A stretch of 63,781 nt of DNA, filler included, from Peribolospora baueri (GCA_029717555.1; 3 parts of 3 records of this genome joined end to end with filler, not necessarily neighbours in it), one strand, 5' to 3'; numbered from the whole stretch's first letter, positions 1 to 11,894 are shown. The notes: generated by a model from the sequence alone, not told the origin. Program-made: numbers and translations.

Positions 1-193
1 TGCAGTATGGGAAAACGTGGCCTAGGTCTACGCTCAATCGGACTCCGGCACCTCTTACCTTACGACTCCGGATCACGGCTGGCCTCTCGTTAACCAGGGA
101 TGGCTAAACTGTCCGCAGTGCGGAGGTCCTTTCTTTCTCAGTTTGAAGACAACATTCACTTGGCCTTCCCTTGCTTGCACTCCCTGCGATCAG

Positions 194-336
194 CTGAGAT
201 CACCGGCCACGCAGCTGCAGACCTCATCTTCGAATTCCTCAATCTACTTGGAAAGGGTAACACGAAAGCCGCTTCCGTGGACAAGGTCGACCCTTCTTTC
301 GTCCAGCAGTCTGGTCGAACTCATAGCGAGCTTTGA
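194..336 (+). CDS. Last exon of a ureohydrolase (agmatinase/guanidinobutyrase-like); the gene starts left of the window
   Basis: After a CAG acceptor (191-193) the frame reads (A)EITGHAAADLIFEFLNLL...HSEL*. This matches the C-terminal helix of agmatinase-family enzymes that follows the EVAPAYD motif. Only a short stretch is visible. Confidence 0.6.
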
Positions 337-645
337 GCTAAAGGAAAGGAAGGGGCAGATACCTTGCTGCCCGGATGCAGACCGCCCTTGTGCTTCCAAA
401 CTTATGCATGTACGCGGACAGCAGCTTACGGAACGTCCGCCTTTCACGAGCATGCAATTTCATCAACGAGGTAAAGCGTCTTTTCCTCTCTGCCTTCCGA
501 AGAGGCAACACATGCGGTGCGAACTGTTGCGAGTACTGCATGGCCGAGTCCCAATGCGTCCGACATCAGAACCATCCGCCGCCTTCCCACTTTTTGATCA
601 CGCCGATCACGGCATCCACGCCCATTCTAGATGGTCACGAACTGA

Positions 646-3010
646 CTACAGGCCCTCGTCCCAGACGTCCCTCTCCCCCTTGTCATCGCTGTACCGGCGT
701 CGCAGCACCTCCAACCGGGACTTGTAATCGTCTGCGTTAACATAAGCACCACAGAGACGTCGCTTTCCGACGAAGGAGGCGCGGCCGTGCAAGACGCGGT
801 GGTTGTCGAAAACTGCGCATGGAGTATGGCGATGGAAGACCGGAGCGGGCTCGTCAGTCTCACTGAAGTGGACTGCACTTCCCCGTGGGCACAGGTCGCA
901 CTAGGCATGCCCAGTTCGCGGGACGAACTTTCACTCAGCCCAACTCACTCAGCGCGGTGCCGGGGACGAGCTTGGTCCAATATTCCGAGTCTTCGCTCCT
1001 CAGCGTCTCCTCCCACCTCCTCAGCGCCTCATAGAAGGCCTCAACCTTGTGCGGCTCCAGCGTGTTCATCACGCTTCTGTCGTCGTTGTTGTACCGTACC
1101 TGGACCAACTCCTCCGTCGTCGGGTCGTGGTTGAAGATGGGGTAGCCGCTAGACGGAAGCGGGCGGATGAGCGTGTCCTCGTTGCCGGCCGAGTGGGCGG
1201 GAATACGGGTGCGTGACAGAAGCTCGTAGGAGGAAGGGTGGACCTCACGCAAGATCGACGCGGTATAGAAGCCGTCCACGAAGAGCGATTCGCCACCCCG
1301 CGCTCCCTCGCCCGAGTGCTCGAGAAGGTGGAAAAGCTAAAGGGAGATGTGCGCGGTGGATCGGTGCTTTGAAAACCACCTGTATGACTCTACACAAAGA
1401 GGATAGACATGGAGGGCCTCACCTGAAGACCTGCGGGATCAGTGAAGTAGGTCGTGTCGGTGTGGGCCGGCAGTTTCAGATTGGTATATGCCGTGTCCCC
1501 ATGCTCCAGATTGCTGGTAAAGTCCCAGAACCCTCCGTAGTGCGTCGGGCGGATGAAGGCAATGCGCTGCACGAGCCGCTCCGTGTCCTCAGGCGTAGGC
1601 GGAACGCCTTCTACAAAGCAGAAGCCAAACTCCGACTGCGTGGGGAAGGGTACGATTGAACGGAAGAAGAGGGAAAGGTGACAAAGAGAAGACGAGAGGA
1701 AAAATGAGATCCTCTACCGCGACACACTCGCTGTTAGCCATGCATAGCGACATAGCGACAAAACGCACGATCTTGGAAAGCCACCTAAAGACTCCACGAT
1801 CATCACCCATGACCTCTTTATACGTGACCGTCGGCGGGGCGGCGCTGATCCCTCGACCCCACAGCGTCTTTCTGAGGCGGGCAAAGATTTCGACGATGTC
1901 AACCAAAGCTATAGATGATACATGGACTGAATAAAGCCCATGATAGGAGTACTCACTCGGTGTCGGAACGATCTGTTTCGAGAAGAGGAACGTCATAGCT
2001 GTTCCGCATTAGCCACTGCCACGGATAAGTGGATTCGTGCTTTTCGCCTTGCCCTGAGGGGGAGAGAGAGCAAATTCATCTCGCCGAGCAAGTGAGCTTG
2101 CAAGGCCTAAGAGATTTAGACGATCAACGACCATCTAAGGCCTTACACACATTTGACGGTCATGCCCGAGACTGAGGTTCCTACCCATTCCGGACGAATG
2201 TCAGCAGGTACCTGTGGCTCAGAAAAATGCGCGGGCGTCAACATTTGTGATACAAAATAGATGGAGGGGTTCATCGTGTTCAGCGTATGGAGATCTGCGA
2301 GCCCGGATCCCACCCACCTTCCAAGTCTCGAGTAGACGCTGCTTCGTTTTGGGGTGGAAGCACTCGGCACATCGGCAATGATCGCGAAGCCAAATGTGAT
2401 GACTGGTAATCATGCGCAAATAAATAACGAAGAGGAGGAGACCCCAAGCGTGAGATGGGAGCACGCGCTGGTAGACTTAAATTGGGACAGAGCCTAGGAG
2501 GACTCACAACCCGCTCCGGCTCCCACTCGCCCACCCGACCTCGAGGACCTTTTCATCGAACCGGACTGACGGCGCCGATGGTTCGGAGGCGGTGACATGG
2601 GTTTCTTTCCCTACGCCAGGTTTTGTTCTGGAGAGCGAGGAAGCCGGGTTCGTGATGAGGGTGCCGGTGGCAGGGCCCGGGGACCGGGCGGAGGAAGAAG
2701 ATGGAGATGGGCTGACAGAGAGAGACTCGTTTCGCTGTTGTTCGAGAGGTCAAGAGGCAACTATAATGAGAACATGGCTCGCGTTGACTGTCTTTGCTCT
2801 TTCGCGCTGCGTTACGCTTACCTCCCAGCCCGTCGTTGTGAAAGACCTCGAGCTGGATGTCAAATCCACACGTACGCTGGTCGTCAGCCGCCTGGCGGCG
2901 CATAATAGATGTGAGCCGGGGCGGACAACTCTACAAGTGACTGGCCGTACTATGCTCGGTATCGTTCTCGTTCGCGCCGCCATCCTGGATAGAGCATATC
3001 GAGGCACCAT
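646..3010 (-). CDS. Trimethyllysine dioxygenase (TauD/BBOX family, carnitine biosynthesis), multi-exon, with a mitochondrial presequence-like N-terminus
   Basis: Exons encode HHIWLRDHCRCAECFHPKTKQRL, IRPTHYGGFWDFT...DTAYT...AHTDTTYFTDPAGLQ (HxD), VRYNNDDRS and FDNHRVLHGR...RRLCGAY. Stop TAG at 646-648. The Arg-rich first exon starts at ATG 3010 and ends at a GTAAGC donor. Confidence 0.9.
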
Positions 3011-3125
3011 GGTTCGGAACTCTCCTCCGTGTTTGGCCGCGCGACCTTGCTTTGGCCCCCACGCGGCGCCGCAGCCGATCAGTCGTCGTCCCATCCGCTC
3101 CTCCGACAAGCGCCGAGTAGAGAAG

Positions 3126-3150
3126 TGACGTCATTTTTGATCACGTGATC
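3126..3150. promoter_or_regulatory. Adjacent CRE (TGACGTCA) and E-box palindrome (GATCACGTGATC) in the divergent dioxygenase/PPX1 promoter
   Basis: Perfect palindromes at 3126-3133 and 3139-3150 in the 494-bp spacer between two head-to-head start codons. Confidence 0.4.
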
Positions 3151-3504
3151 TTCTTCTCCTTTCCTTCTGCACGCGCGCTCGAGTCGTGACCGACTACAAT
3201 TCGGCGATTGTCGCTTCCCATCTTGTTCTTTCTCAGCGTGAGATAAGCGGGGAGAGGGAGGAAGGAGGCGGACAGGAATCATCATATTTGCTGTGGAAAG
3301 GATGCCCTGCCAAGTTGAACGAAGGTCCCCCCGGAGAAGCATCCGCGGAGGCAGAAGCCAGCGTCGCGCAGACAACATGAGTCGATCATGTTTTTAATAA
3401 GTCACTCCGCGCGGGCTCGTCCTTGGCTGCTCAGCTGGTTAACTCCATAACTGCCACGCGATCAGGGACCATTCCCCCGGCCACCACCTCTTCCTCCCGG
3501 CGCC

Positions 3505-5239
3505 ATGCCGAACAGCAACTCCCTTCCGTCGCTCCCTCAGTTCGTCGCGGTTCAAAAGCGCGCCTTCCTGGAGGGTTCGATCGAAGATGGCAAGCAGTTC
3601 GTGCTTTGCATCGGCAACGAGGCTGGAGGTGGGTTGTGTTCAGCGGCCTTGGTGCATCCGGCTTTGGCCCGCTTTGTATAGCGGAAGGACGAGGGGCAGA
3701 TGCCAGTATGGGCTGCGCGGCTGACACGGATGTGTGTACGCCGGCACCCTCGCACCAACAGATCTTGACTCTGCGGCCTCCTCCATGGCGCTCTCCTATC
3801 TCTTCACCTACTTCTCCCCTTCGCCGCAATCCACATCTTCCTACGTATTTGTTCCGCTTCTGCAAACCGACCGTGCGGACCTTAAACTTCGCCCCGAGAA
3901 CCAACTCGCCTTCTCTCTCGCCGGGCTGGACCCCGAAACGCTGCTTTGTCGCGACGACCTTTTCAAGTTGGGCGACGCTCCCAAGCGCCCGACGCACTTT
4001 GCGCTTGTCGATCACAACAGGCTTAACCCGAAGTGGCAGGAGTGGGCCGAGAGCCATGGCGGAGGCGGGCAAGTGAAGGCCATCATTGATCACCACGCCG
4101 ACGAGGGCGTACACGTCGAGTCGGCGGAGCTTGTCCGTAAAGTGATGAGTCCAACCGAAGTAGGCTCATGCGCCAGTTTAGTGACGGACTATTTTCGACC
4201 CGTCATTGAGGAGCGTATCAAGGAGGGCAAGCCCACACCTCCGAGCGCGCTCGCCGACTTGCTGCTGTCTGCCATCGCCATCGACACGGGTAATCTCAAG
4301 CCGGGAGGCAAAGCGAGGGACGTCGACCGCCGGGCGTTTGCCTTTCTTCTTCCACTTTCGAGCTTCGCCCAGGGAAAGCAGCAGGATTCGGTGCATGTCG
4401 TCCTCTCTGCTCTTCCCGAGAGCCTCAAAGGTGATGCCAACGAAGTGAGCGCCGAAGACGAGGGCCGCAGCGACGCCTTGTTCGAGCGGTACTTTTCAGC
4501 GCTCTCGCGAAGCAAATTCGAGATCAAGGATATGGAGAGTCGGGACTTGCTCCGAAGGGATTACAAAGAGATCGAAGTGCCCGTCCCCGATGATTCGCTT
4601 CGGGAGGAGGAAGGCAAAAACGGTGGCAAGGGGGGCACCAGCACCCCGTCCAGCGGCCGCGCACCCTTCCATATCAGAATCGGCTTCTCCACCGTCCCCC
4701 TTGGCCTGCACTTGTGGCTCCACCGTTCCCTGCCCGCGACGCCCTCAGGTGGACACCTCGTACGTCCGGACGACCTCTGGGCACCCTTCTGGGCGTCCCT
4801 GGACGCGTGGATGTCCGAGCGCAACCTCGATCTCGCCGTCGTACTCAACTCGTTCCGGGAGCCGCGAAAAGAGAAGAGAGAGGGGAAGATGGACACGAAG
4901 CTGCGGCGAGAGCTCGTCGTCTGTTTCCGGCATCGGCCGGAAGGGAAATGGGGCGTGGGGGCGTTGGACCCGGACGAGTTCTGGAGGAAGGTCAAGCAAG
5001 GTCTCGAGGAGGACGAGACTTTGGACCTGCAGGAGTGGAAGGGGGAGAAAGGCGAGGACCCATCGCAGCCTTGGAAGAAGTCCGCCGTCGGTGGGCTCCT
5101 TTCCTCATCCCCAGAGAATCAGAGCGGCGAGCGATGGGAGAAAAGGGCGATGGTGTGGAAACAGGGGAATGCCAAGGCGACGAGGAAGCAGGTCTTACCC
5201 ATTGTGAGAGCCGTTGTAGAAAAAGCAATTAGGAAGTGA
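3505..5239 (+). CDS. PPX1: Exopolyphosphatase (DHH/DHHA2, Prune family), one intron
   Basis: Exon 1 ends FVLCIGNEAG and exon 2 continues DLDS, followed by the motifs LVDHN, IIDHH, VGSCASLV, IAIDTGNL and LLRRDYK. Confidence 0.9.
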
Positions 5240-5897
5240 GAATAGCGAATGAGCAGGTAGACCCCACCTGTCACTTCTTTCCGGTAGTAAGTCTATCCGA
5301 GTGAATAATAGTGTTCTGTTTTACGCCATGAGACAAACATACTGTAACATGTCCTTCACCATCGCAGGCACATATCCTCCCCACCTCCTCTCCCGCGAGA
5401 ACCATACATACGCCCTGGCACTGCCGGCTTGATCTCAAGAAACGCAGTTCGATGCCCGGCTGTATGTGCGTGCGCCATCGCATCGTCGGACGCCTTCGTC
5501 TTCGCTTTGAAGACCAATTTTATCCTTCTTTCGTTCGCCGAGGTGCGAGAGGAAAAACAGGAGCGCTCGACATCGGCCGTCCCGCAGACTTTTACCGTCG
5601 GAAACTTTGCCAGATTGCACCCAAACTCGCATGGAGGAGTTGGTCTGCGGGTTCTCAGCCCTCTGGAAAGGCTTCAGGCAGTCTAGGCTGCTAAGCTACG
5701 CTCGATGAGGCGCCCATAGCGTTCGTCGCAATGAGCCAGGTGCCCAGGGCTTAAAGACTTTCTGAAGGCACCTGCGATGAGTGCAGTGGTGCATGAAACT
5801 ACATTTGTATCTCCTCATTTGTATCTTCTCGTCCGCTGAGCTACCATCCGTGTCTCGTTCCGAAGGCTTCTTCCGTCGATGCCAAAGTATAATAACG

Positions 5898-5923
5898 AAA
5901 AAAAAAAAAAAAAAAAAAAAAAA
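5898..5923. repeat. A26 homopolymer
   Basis: 26 consecutive A just downstream of the stop of the SCS-beta-like gene (T-run on its coding strand). Confidence 0.9.
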
Positions 5924-6038
5924 GCGTCTTCGAAGCCGGCAGACAGCGTTCCTACCAGGAGCAAGCGGCTCCAATCACTTTGCTCTTCACCCAAAATTTG
6001 CAACCGCATGAGGTGGCTTAGAGCATGGGCACGCCCCG

Positions 6039-8239
6039 CTATTCTCTGACCTGCTCCTCAGAAGCCGCTTTGGTCGCCGCCGCGGCAGCCTCGCGGAAAT
6101 CATCGAAAGTCCGGAAGGGAAGGTTGGACTCGTTGAGCTGCGAGAGGAGACGTGGCGTCCGGCCAGAAAGTCAGAGCGGTTCCCATCGCATCGGTTCACA
6201 CGCACACACGCGACAGGCTTGCAAGTCACCGGAAGACGGAACAAGAGCGCGGATCGGATAGGATGAACAACTCACGATCGCCTTGGCTTCCTCGGCCTTG
6301 TTTCCTCTCAGACGGACGATCAGCGGCACCTTGATTCCCAGAGTGCGTACGGCATCAATCATTCCCTGGGCCACCCAACTGCCAAGGCAAATGACGAGAT
6401 ATATGGGATCAGCTGCCAGCATCTCAGCAAAAGGGAAGTAATGGTCCGCAACGTCTCCAGTGTGCCGAAAGCCAGCTCACTCCGTCCTGGTGATGCCTCC
6501 GAAAATGTTAACAAAGATGCTCCGAACGTCCGGATCCTCGTTGATGAAGCCGAGGGCCTGCTTCGCGTTCTCGGCCGTCGCGCCTCCGCCACCGTCGAGG
6601 AAATTAGCCGGCTTGCCGCCAGCGAGGAGGAGACCGTCTACGGTGGACATGCCCATGCCCTGGAGCACATACGAACGTTTGAAAGAGGAGCGGATTCACA
6701 AACAATGTCCGGCGAAAGAAAAAGGCTCCTTTCTCAACTCTGGCGGATTTCGAGTGAGAACGGCGGACTCACCGCTCCATAGCCCATGCACCCAATGTTG
6801 CTGACAACCAGAAGGGAAAGGGGAAACGGTAGTTCGGGACGACGACGTCCGTCAAACTTGAGCCAATAATTCAATGCGAAAACGGAGGAGATGACGACTC
6901 ACCCTCCTCCAAACTTGCGGTACACCATTCCAACCTTCTTCGCCTCGAGCTCCAGTGGATTCACTTGAAAGGGATCGTCGAGCGCAAAGAGCTCCTTTTG
7001 GCGGTACGCTGCGTCGGTGTCAAAGGCCAGAGAATGGGAGGAGCTGTGGTACAGAAGCGAGAGAAGTGGAAGGACAAAGCACCATCAGCGCTCGTAGCTG
7101 ATAGTCGCCATTGACAGCTGCCGAAGCCCGACGTCCAACTCCAACGGCACTCAGTCCCGCTTCAGACACTCACACGACGGCGCTTCCATCCTCCTGAAGT
7201 GCGACCTCAACTTCAAACTTCGTTCCGTCCTTTTCCCAAAAAGCTTTCCAAAGACCGTTTACAATTCGTCTAATCTCCTCCCTCGTCACGCCCTCCAGGT
7301 CCTGCCCCACCTCGCCATCCAGCAACGCGCTCATCTCCTCCTCGCCAACGACAGCCGCGCCATCGTCCCCAACAGTCTTGGTCACATCCAGAGGGACGAA
7401 AGACACGGACGAAGGGAAGAGCCTCCGACCGTTGAGGACGGGTACTGTCGAGGGTAAGCGCGTCGCCAGAAGGCTCGGGCCCAGGTGCATTTTGCCCGTG
7501 GGGAGGCGGTAAGGGACTCGGTCGGCGAGAAGAAGAAGACGGAGGGGCGGGGAAGCATATGTGGGAACTTGGGTGAGAAGCGCCTGTTGTCAAAGATTGG
7601 GATGGTTAGGATCGTTCGAGGATTGCCGACACCGCACTCCTCCATAAAGCTCGACGGACTCGTCCCCGTCAGTCGGAACATGAGCCCCGATGGGAGACAT
7701 GGCCCTACTCGTGAGACCCACCGTGGAGCATGGCTTGTCAAAAGCGGGCGAATCGGGACTGGAGTAGGCCGAGCCAAGCATGGCTGCTGCAATCGAACCA
7801 GCCTGACTGGCGCTGTCAGAGTCATAGGGGGTTGGTTGCATGAGGGAGTGGAAGGCGCCTGCGTGAGCAGGTGCAGAGAATTGACGGCGCCGGCGAGCCA
7901 AAGGAAAAGGAGATGTACTCACTTTGAAACGACATGTCTCGCGCCTTTCAGCCCGGTCGTCCACTCGCCCCGCTCGAGCTCTCCATCAACGAGACCGGCT
8001 CGCACTTCCACTCTTCGCTTTCCCCTTCCTCCCGAGGCATCTGCCAATTGATCAAAAGCGTGGGCAGCATCGACTGAGGAGGACGCGGAGAGCTGTGGGA
8101 GTAAGGGTAGGCCATAAGAGTTGAGGAGCGAGGTAGTCTTTGCGACATGCAGGGTGAGAAGTCGGCGGAAGACGGTGAATCTTGTGCGCAGGGACGATGC
8201 GATGGTTGGCCGAAGGGCCGTCCACGTCGCACCAGACAT
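6039..8239 (-). CDS. Succinyl-CoA synthetase beta-like subunit, divergent paralog with a degenerate ATP-grasp domain
   Basis: Spliced frame: presequence, [114 protein letters not shown]. Introns are GT-AG and in phase; stop TAG at 6039-6041. Confidence 0.85.
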
Positions 8240-8513
8240 GACCGTTGCACGAGGGAGGACAGGATGTGGTTTTCCCTGGAGAAATCTAGAAGTCCGGACG
8301 CTGGCGAGGGGAGCGATGATGAGGTAGCAAGGAGCGTCTTGCGTGCTGGACAACCTCGTCGTCCCCGGCAGAGGTATGCGGCCGGAAGACGCCGGAGTGC
8401 GGGGTCGGGCCGAAGTAGAGGCCGATGGTGCTGGACTGGTCGGGCGACGTACACTGACTGATTGTATCACTGTATCGACACACACCACCTCAAACACGAC
8501 GACTGCACTGACC
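8240..8513. promoter_or_regulatory. 274-bp bidirectional promoter between the SCS-like beta and alpha genes
   Basis: Head-to-head start codons at 8239 (-) and 8514 (+). Confidence 0.6.
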
Positions 8514-10047
8514 ATGGCGTCCTTCTCCAGGTCTGCTCTCGCCTCCCGTTCCTCCCGGTGGGCAGCGGGCCCAGGAAGAAGAGGCCTGGCGACGTACCGA
8601 GAGTGAGCATCGTGTTCTTCACCTAACCCGTCCTGACCCTGGCACCCACACGGCTGACCCGGACCCGCCTCAATGGGCCTCGTCAGCACGCTTCCCAACC
8701 TCGCGACCAGCTCGGAGACCCGGGTAATCGTTCAGGGGTTTACGGGCAAGGCGGTGAGCTAGGACAATCGTTTCGCTGCTCGCTGGCGACTCGCTAACGT
8801 GGGCCCGCGTCTAATCCGATCGCCCACCGAACGAACAGTCGACCTATCACTCAGCGCTCTCCCAGCAACTCGGCACCTGCATCGTCGGCGGCGTGTCTCC
8901 CTCCAAAGGTGGGACTACGCATCTCGACCTCCCCGTTTTTGACACAGTGCGCCAAGCAGTGCGTGAGCTTCGGCCTGAGGCCACCTCCGTGTTCGTGCCG
9001 CCGAAGCAGTGCGCGGACGCCGTACTTGAGGCTATTGAGGAAGAGGTGCCGCTCATCGTGGCTGTTGCTGAGGGGATTCCGGTCAAGGATCAAATGAAGG
9101 TGAGCCGCCTAATAGACGGGACCTGGAAGCCATCCGGCCCAGGTTCAGAACAGTGCGATCGCAAGTGAAGAGCCCATTCTTAACTCTCTTGCCCGCGCGC
9201 GCTTGCTCATACGCAGATAATGGCGGCCCTACAGTCTCAGTCCAAGTCGCGCTTCGTCGGAGCAAACTCCCCCGGATACTGTAACCCGGCGGGATGTAGG
9301 CTTGGCATCTCTCCCGTTACCGTCTGCAAGCCGGGCACGATAGGTTAGCAAGCCGCTGGGTCTTGTCCGCGGAGAAAGCGGCCGTATTGCCCGCTCATGT
9401 TCAAGAATAGGACTCGCCGCTCATCACCATATCTCCCTTCTTGACAGGTATCGTCTCCCGTTCAGGCACGCTCTCCTATGAGGCCACGGCCCAGACCACT
9501 GAGGTCGGTCTCGGCCAGTCATACATCCTCGGCCTCGGCGGAGACTACTACCCGGGCACGCGCACAGACGAGGCTCTTGAGTTTCTCCTTCGTGACGAGA
9601 GGACAGCAGGTGTGATCAGCAGCGGCCGCGTTCTCTCGTCTAGACCAAGCGGGGAGGTCGCAGTGACTCCTGCGTGTAGTGGACCACTGGGCTCATGGAT
9701 ATCCGGTCCATTCGGTTATTATTTTCTTCGCAGGCATCATTCTCATCGGCGAAGTCGGCGGCTCGATGGAAGAAGAAGCAGCCGCGCTACTCTCCACCCT
9801 CTCCCTCTCGTCCTCTCCACCACCGTGCAAGCCTATCGTCGGCTTCATCGCCGGACTGGCCGTGCCACCCGGAAAGAATTTTGGTCACCAGGGCGCGCTG
9901 TTCTACGATGGGGATGGTTATGGTAGGCCGATGGAGAAGCGGTCATTATGGGAGCGGGCAGGGATACGCTGCGTGGGCACTATTGGAGAAGTGGGCGTCG
10001 CCATTAGAGCAGAGCTCGACAAGGCCAAGGCCGAAAGTTCATCATGA
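8514..10047 (+). CDS. Succinyl-CoA synthetase alpha-like subunit, divergent paralog with the catalytic His retained
   Basis: Presequence MASFSRSALASRSSRW, then RVIVQGFTGK, IVGGVSPSKGG..HLDLPVF, FVPP, VAEGIP, GANSPG, GIVSRSGTLSYE, GLGQS..GLGGD, IILIGEVGG and FGHQGA. Confidence 0.9.
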
Positions 10048-10059
10048 CCCTGTCAAGTC

Positions 10060-11300
10060 TAGTCCTCACAACATCGATGAGGCTAATAAAGTTATTCCCT
10101 CTGGAATCACCAAGTCAGTCCGAACTGGAAAGATGGCAAGACCCGTTCTATTAAACCACTTCACCACAGCCTACACGGGAGGATCACCCGAACGAGCGAA
10201 CGAGGTAAGATCACGGACAACTACAACATTCTGGAGTGTAAACTTGGCTGTGAGAGCGAGGCCTTTAGGAGTGACTTGCCGAGCAAGTCAGACCATTGTC
10301 GGCATCGGCTTTTTGACAGGAGGTCGGTTGGGCACTCTTGGTGGCACGTCGGCCGTCTAGAAGATATGAACGAGCGGTCCAAGTCAGAGGATGGAGTTTG
10401 TGGCCAGGTGAGCGAGAGCAGAATTCCATCCTTAAACATTTTCTCCGCTGCAAGTCGTCACAGCACTCACACTTGCGTCCCTTCCGATCTCCGTAGTGAG
10501 AACGCCACTGCCTTCTCCACCAGCAGCTCCAGTTCCAGACTCTGTGCCTTTCGAGCGCAAGATGACATCAAGGAGGCGGAAGGGGTCCTGGTTGTCCTTG
10601 GAGTCAGGGTCACCGGAAGGGGCAGAGACACCGTACGAGGTGCGGGCAATGTTCCGGAGGTCGGCTTTCGATTCCGAAGGAGGATTTCCACATGTTCTTC
10701 AGCTCTCTGTTCTTCAGCTCTCTTAAGCTCTCGGAGTCAAAGGCGCCCATCGAAGAGACTCACTTCTGCCCTTCTTTCTCCAAGCACGAGTATGCCGCCG
10801 CCTCTCAGCCTCGTTCCCCCTGCGATCCGCAAAGCCCCTTTCAATGCCTTCACCCTTAGCCTCCTCCCATGGGGACAGCTCAAAGCCGAGGTCTGAGGTC
10901 GTCTCATGTGACGTGTTCGCACCTGGGATCAAGTCCCCTTCTCCTAGTGCTGTTTCCATGTCCCTACGCTCGTCCATGACGGCCATGAGTTCGTACGCAA
11001 CCTCCGAGTTGAATGCACCCCCTTGTGAAGACGAAGTGGTGACAAGGGATGAGAATGGTAAGAATTTGCAAACAGCATGGTTCACCGAACCAAGGCCCCG
11101 TTCGTTCGTCATTCATTTGCCGAGCACCGAGACCTCCATGTGCATGAGATCAAAACGCACAGTTGTGAGGGCCGTTGCCATCCTTCACCATCTGTGCCTT
11201 TGTCTCTCGACGGATGCCGTGCGGCACATGATGATCTTGCTCATACTCGGCGACGGAGGCTGGAGCGCGTTCAGAGCGAGTCATATCCGTCGAGCTGGTC
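10060..11300 (-). pseudogene. Decayed intronless coding relic, possibly a transposon ORF1/gag-like remnant
   Basis: Protein-like reading frames (e.g. 10922 to 10221 in a single frame) are broken by repeated in-frame TGA/TAG stops and about two frameshifts. Long Ser-rich antisense shadow ORFs resemble those seen opposite real genes in this window. No family recognised. Confidence 0.35.
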
Positions 11301-11327
11301 AAGGTTCACTGCGTATGTAGGAGGGGA

Positions 11328-11421
11328 CGTCTGATTTTGGGAGTGGTGGGATAAAAATTTGGTCCTCTTGACAGCGTCTGACTTTGGGAGTGGCGGGATG
11401 AGAACGTGGTCCTCTTGAGAG
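11328..11421. repeat. Two-copy imperfect 47-bp tandem repeat
   Basis: cgtctgattttgggagtggtgggataaaaatttggtcctcttgacag / cgtctgactttgggagtggcgggatgagaacgtggtcctcttgagag; 40 of 47 positions identical. Confidence 0.85.
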
Positions 11422-11894
11422 GCTCTCAGTTATGAAGGCTTTGTAGACCCGACGTCAGATATCCCGCTTTGTGAGCGAGCGAGGGGCTAGCTCAGAGAGG
11501 CGCGGTTCGATGGACGTTAGCACTTCCGAATAAGGCAAGCATTGTCTGAATAAGGCAATGTGCACCCAGATCAGAGGAGAGTGACAAATCCGACTGGAGA
11601 TTTGTTGTGAGAGCGAATAGGCGAAGGGTAAACAAACGGGCGAGTCGAATGTTTATTCCAGATTCGCTGTGAGAAGCAGCGTCTGGCTTCAATGGGAACG
11701 GTCACCAGCTAATGATACAGAGAAAGGTCGTCGTCTTTGCTGGTCGACACCGCCGACGTTGGTTGTGAGCAAGTACACCTAATGTTCATACCTGTACAAA
11801 CCTGGTGGTTCCGTACATGCTATATTCTGATCAAACATCATTCTCCTCCCCATTTCTTCAAGATTCTTCTTGATCTTGGAGCCGGTTCCTCCTG

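Noticed and set aside
5240..5930. Short ORFs followed by A26 as a retroposed element
   Set aside because: No recognisable domain or target-site duplication, and long homopolymers are common in this window.
7590..7720. ELYGGV stretch resembling the SCS beta ELY motif
   Set aside because: It ends in a stop and lies within the predicted GTGGGT..CAG intron. The next exon supplies the aligning LLLLADR segment.
11328..11421. CRISPR-like array
   Set aside because: Only two abutting copies with no spacers, in a eukaryotic context with no cas genes. No CRISPR array was seen anywhere in the window.
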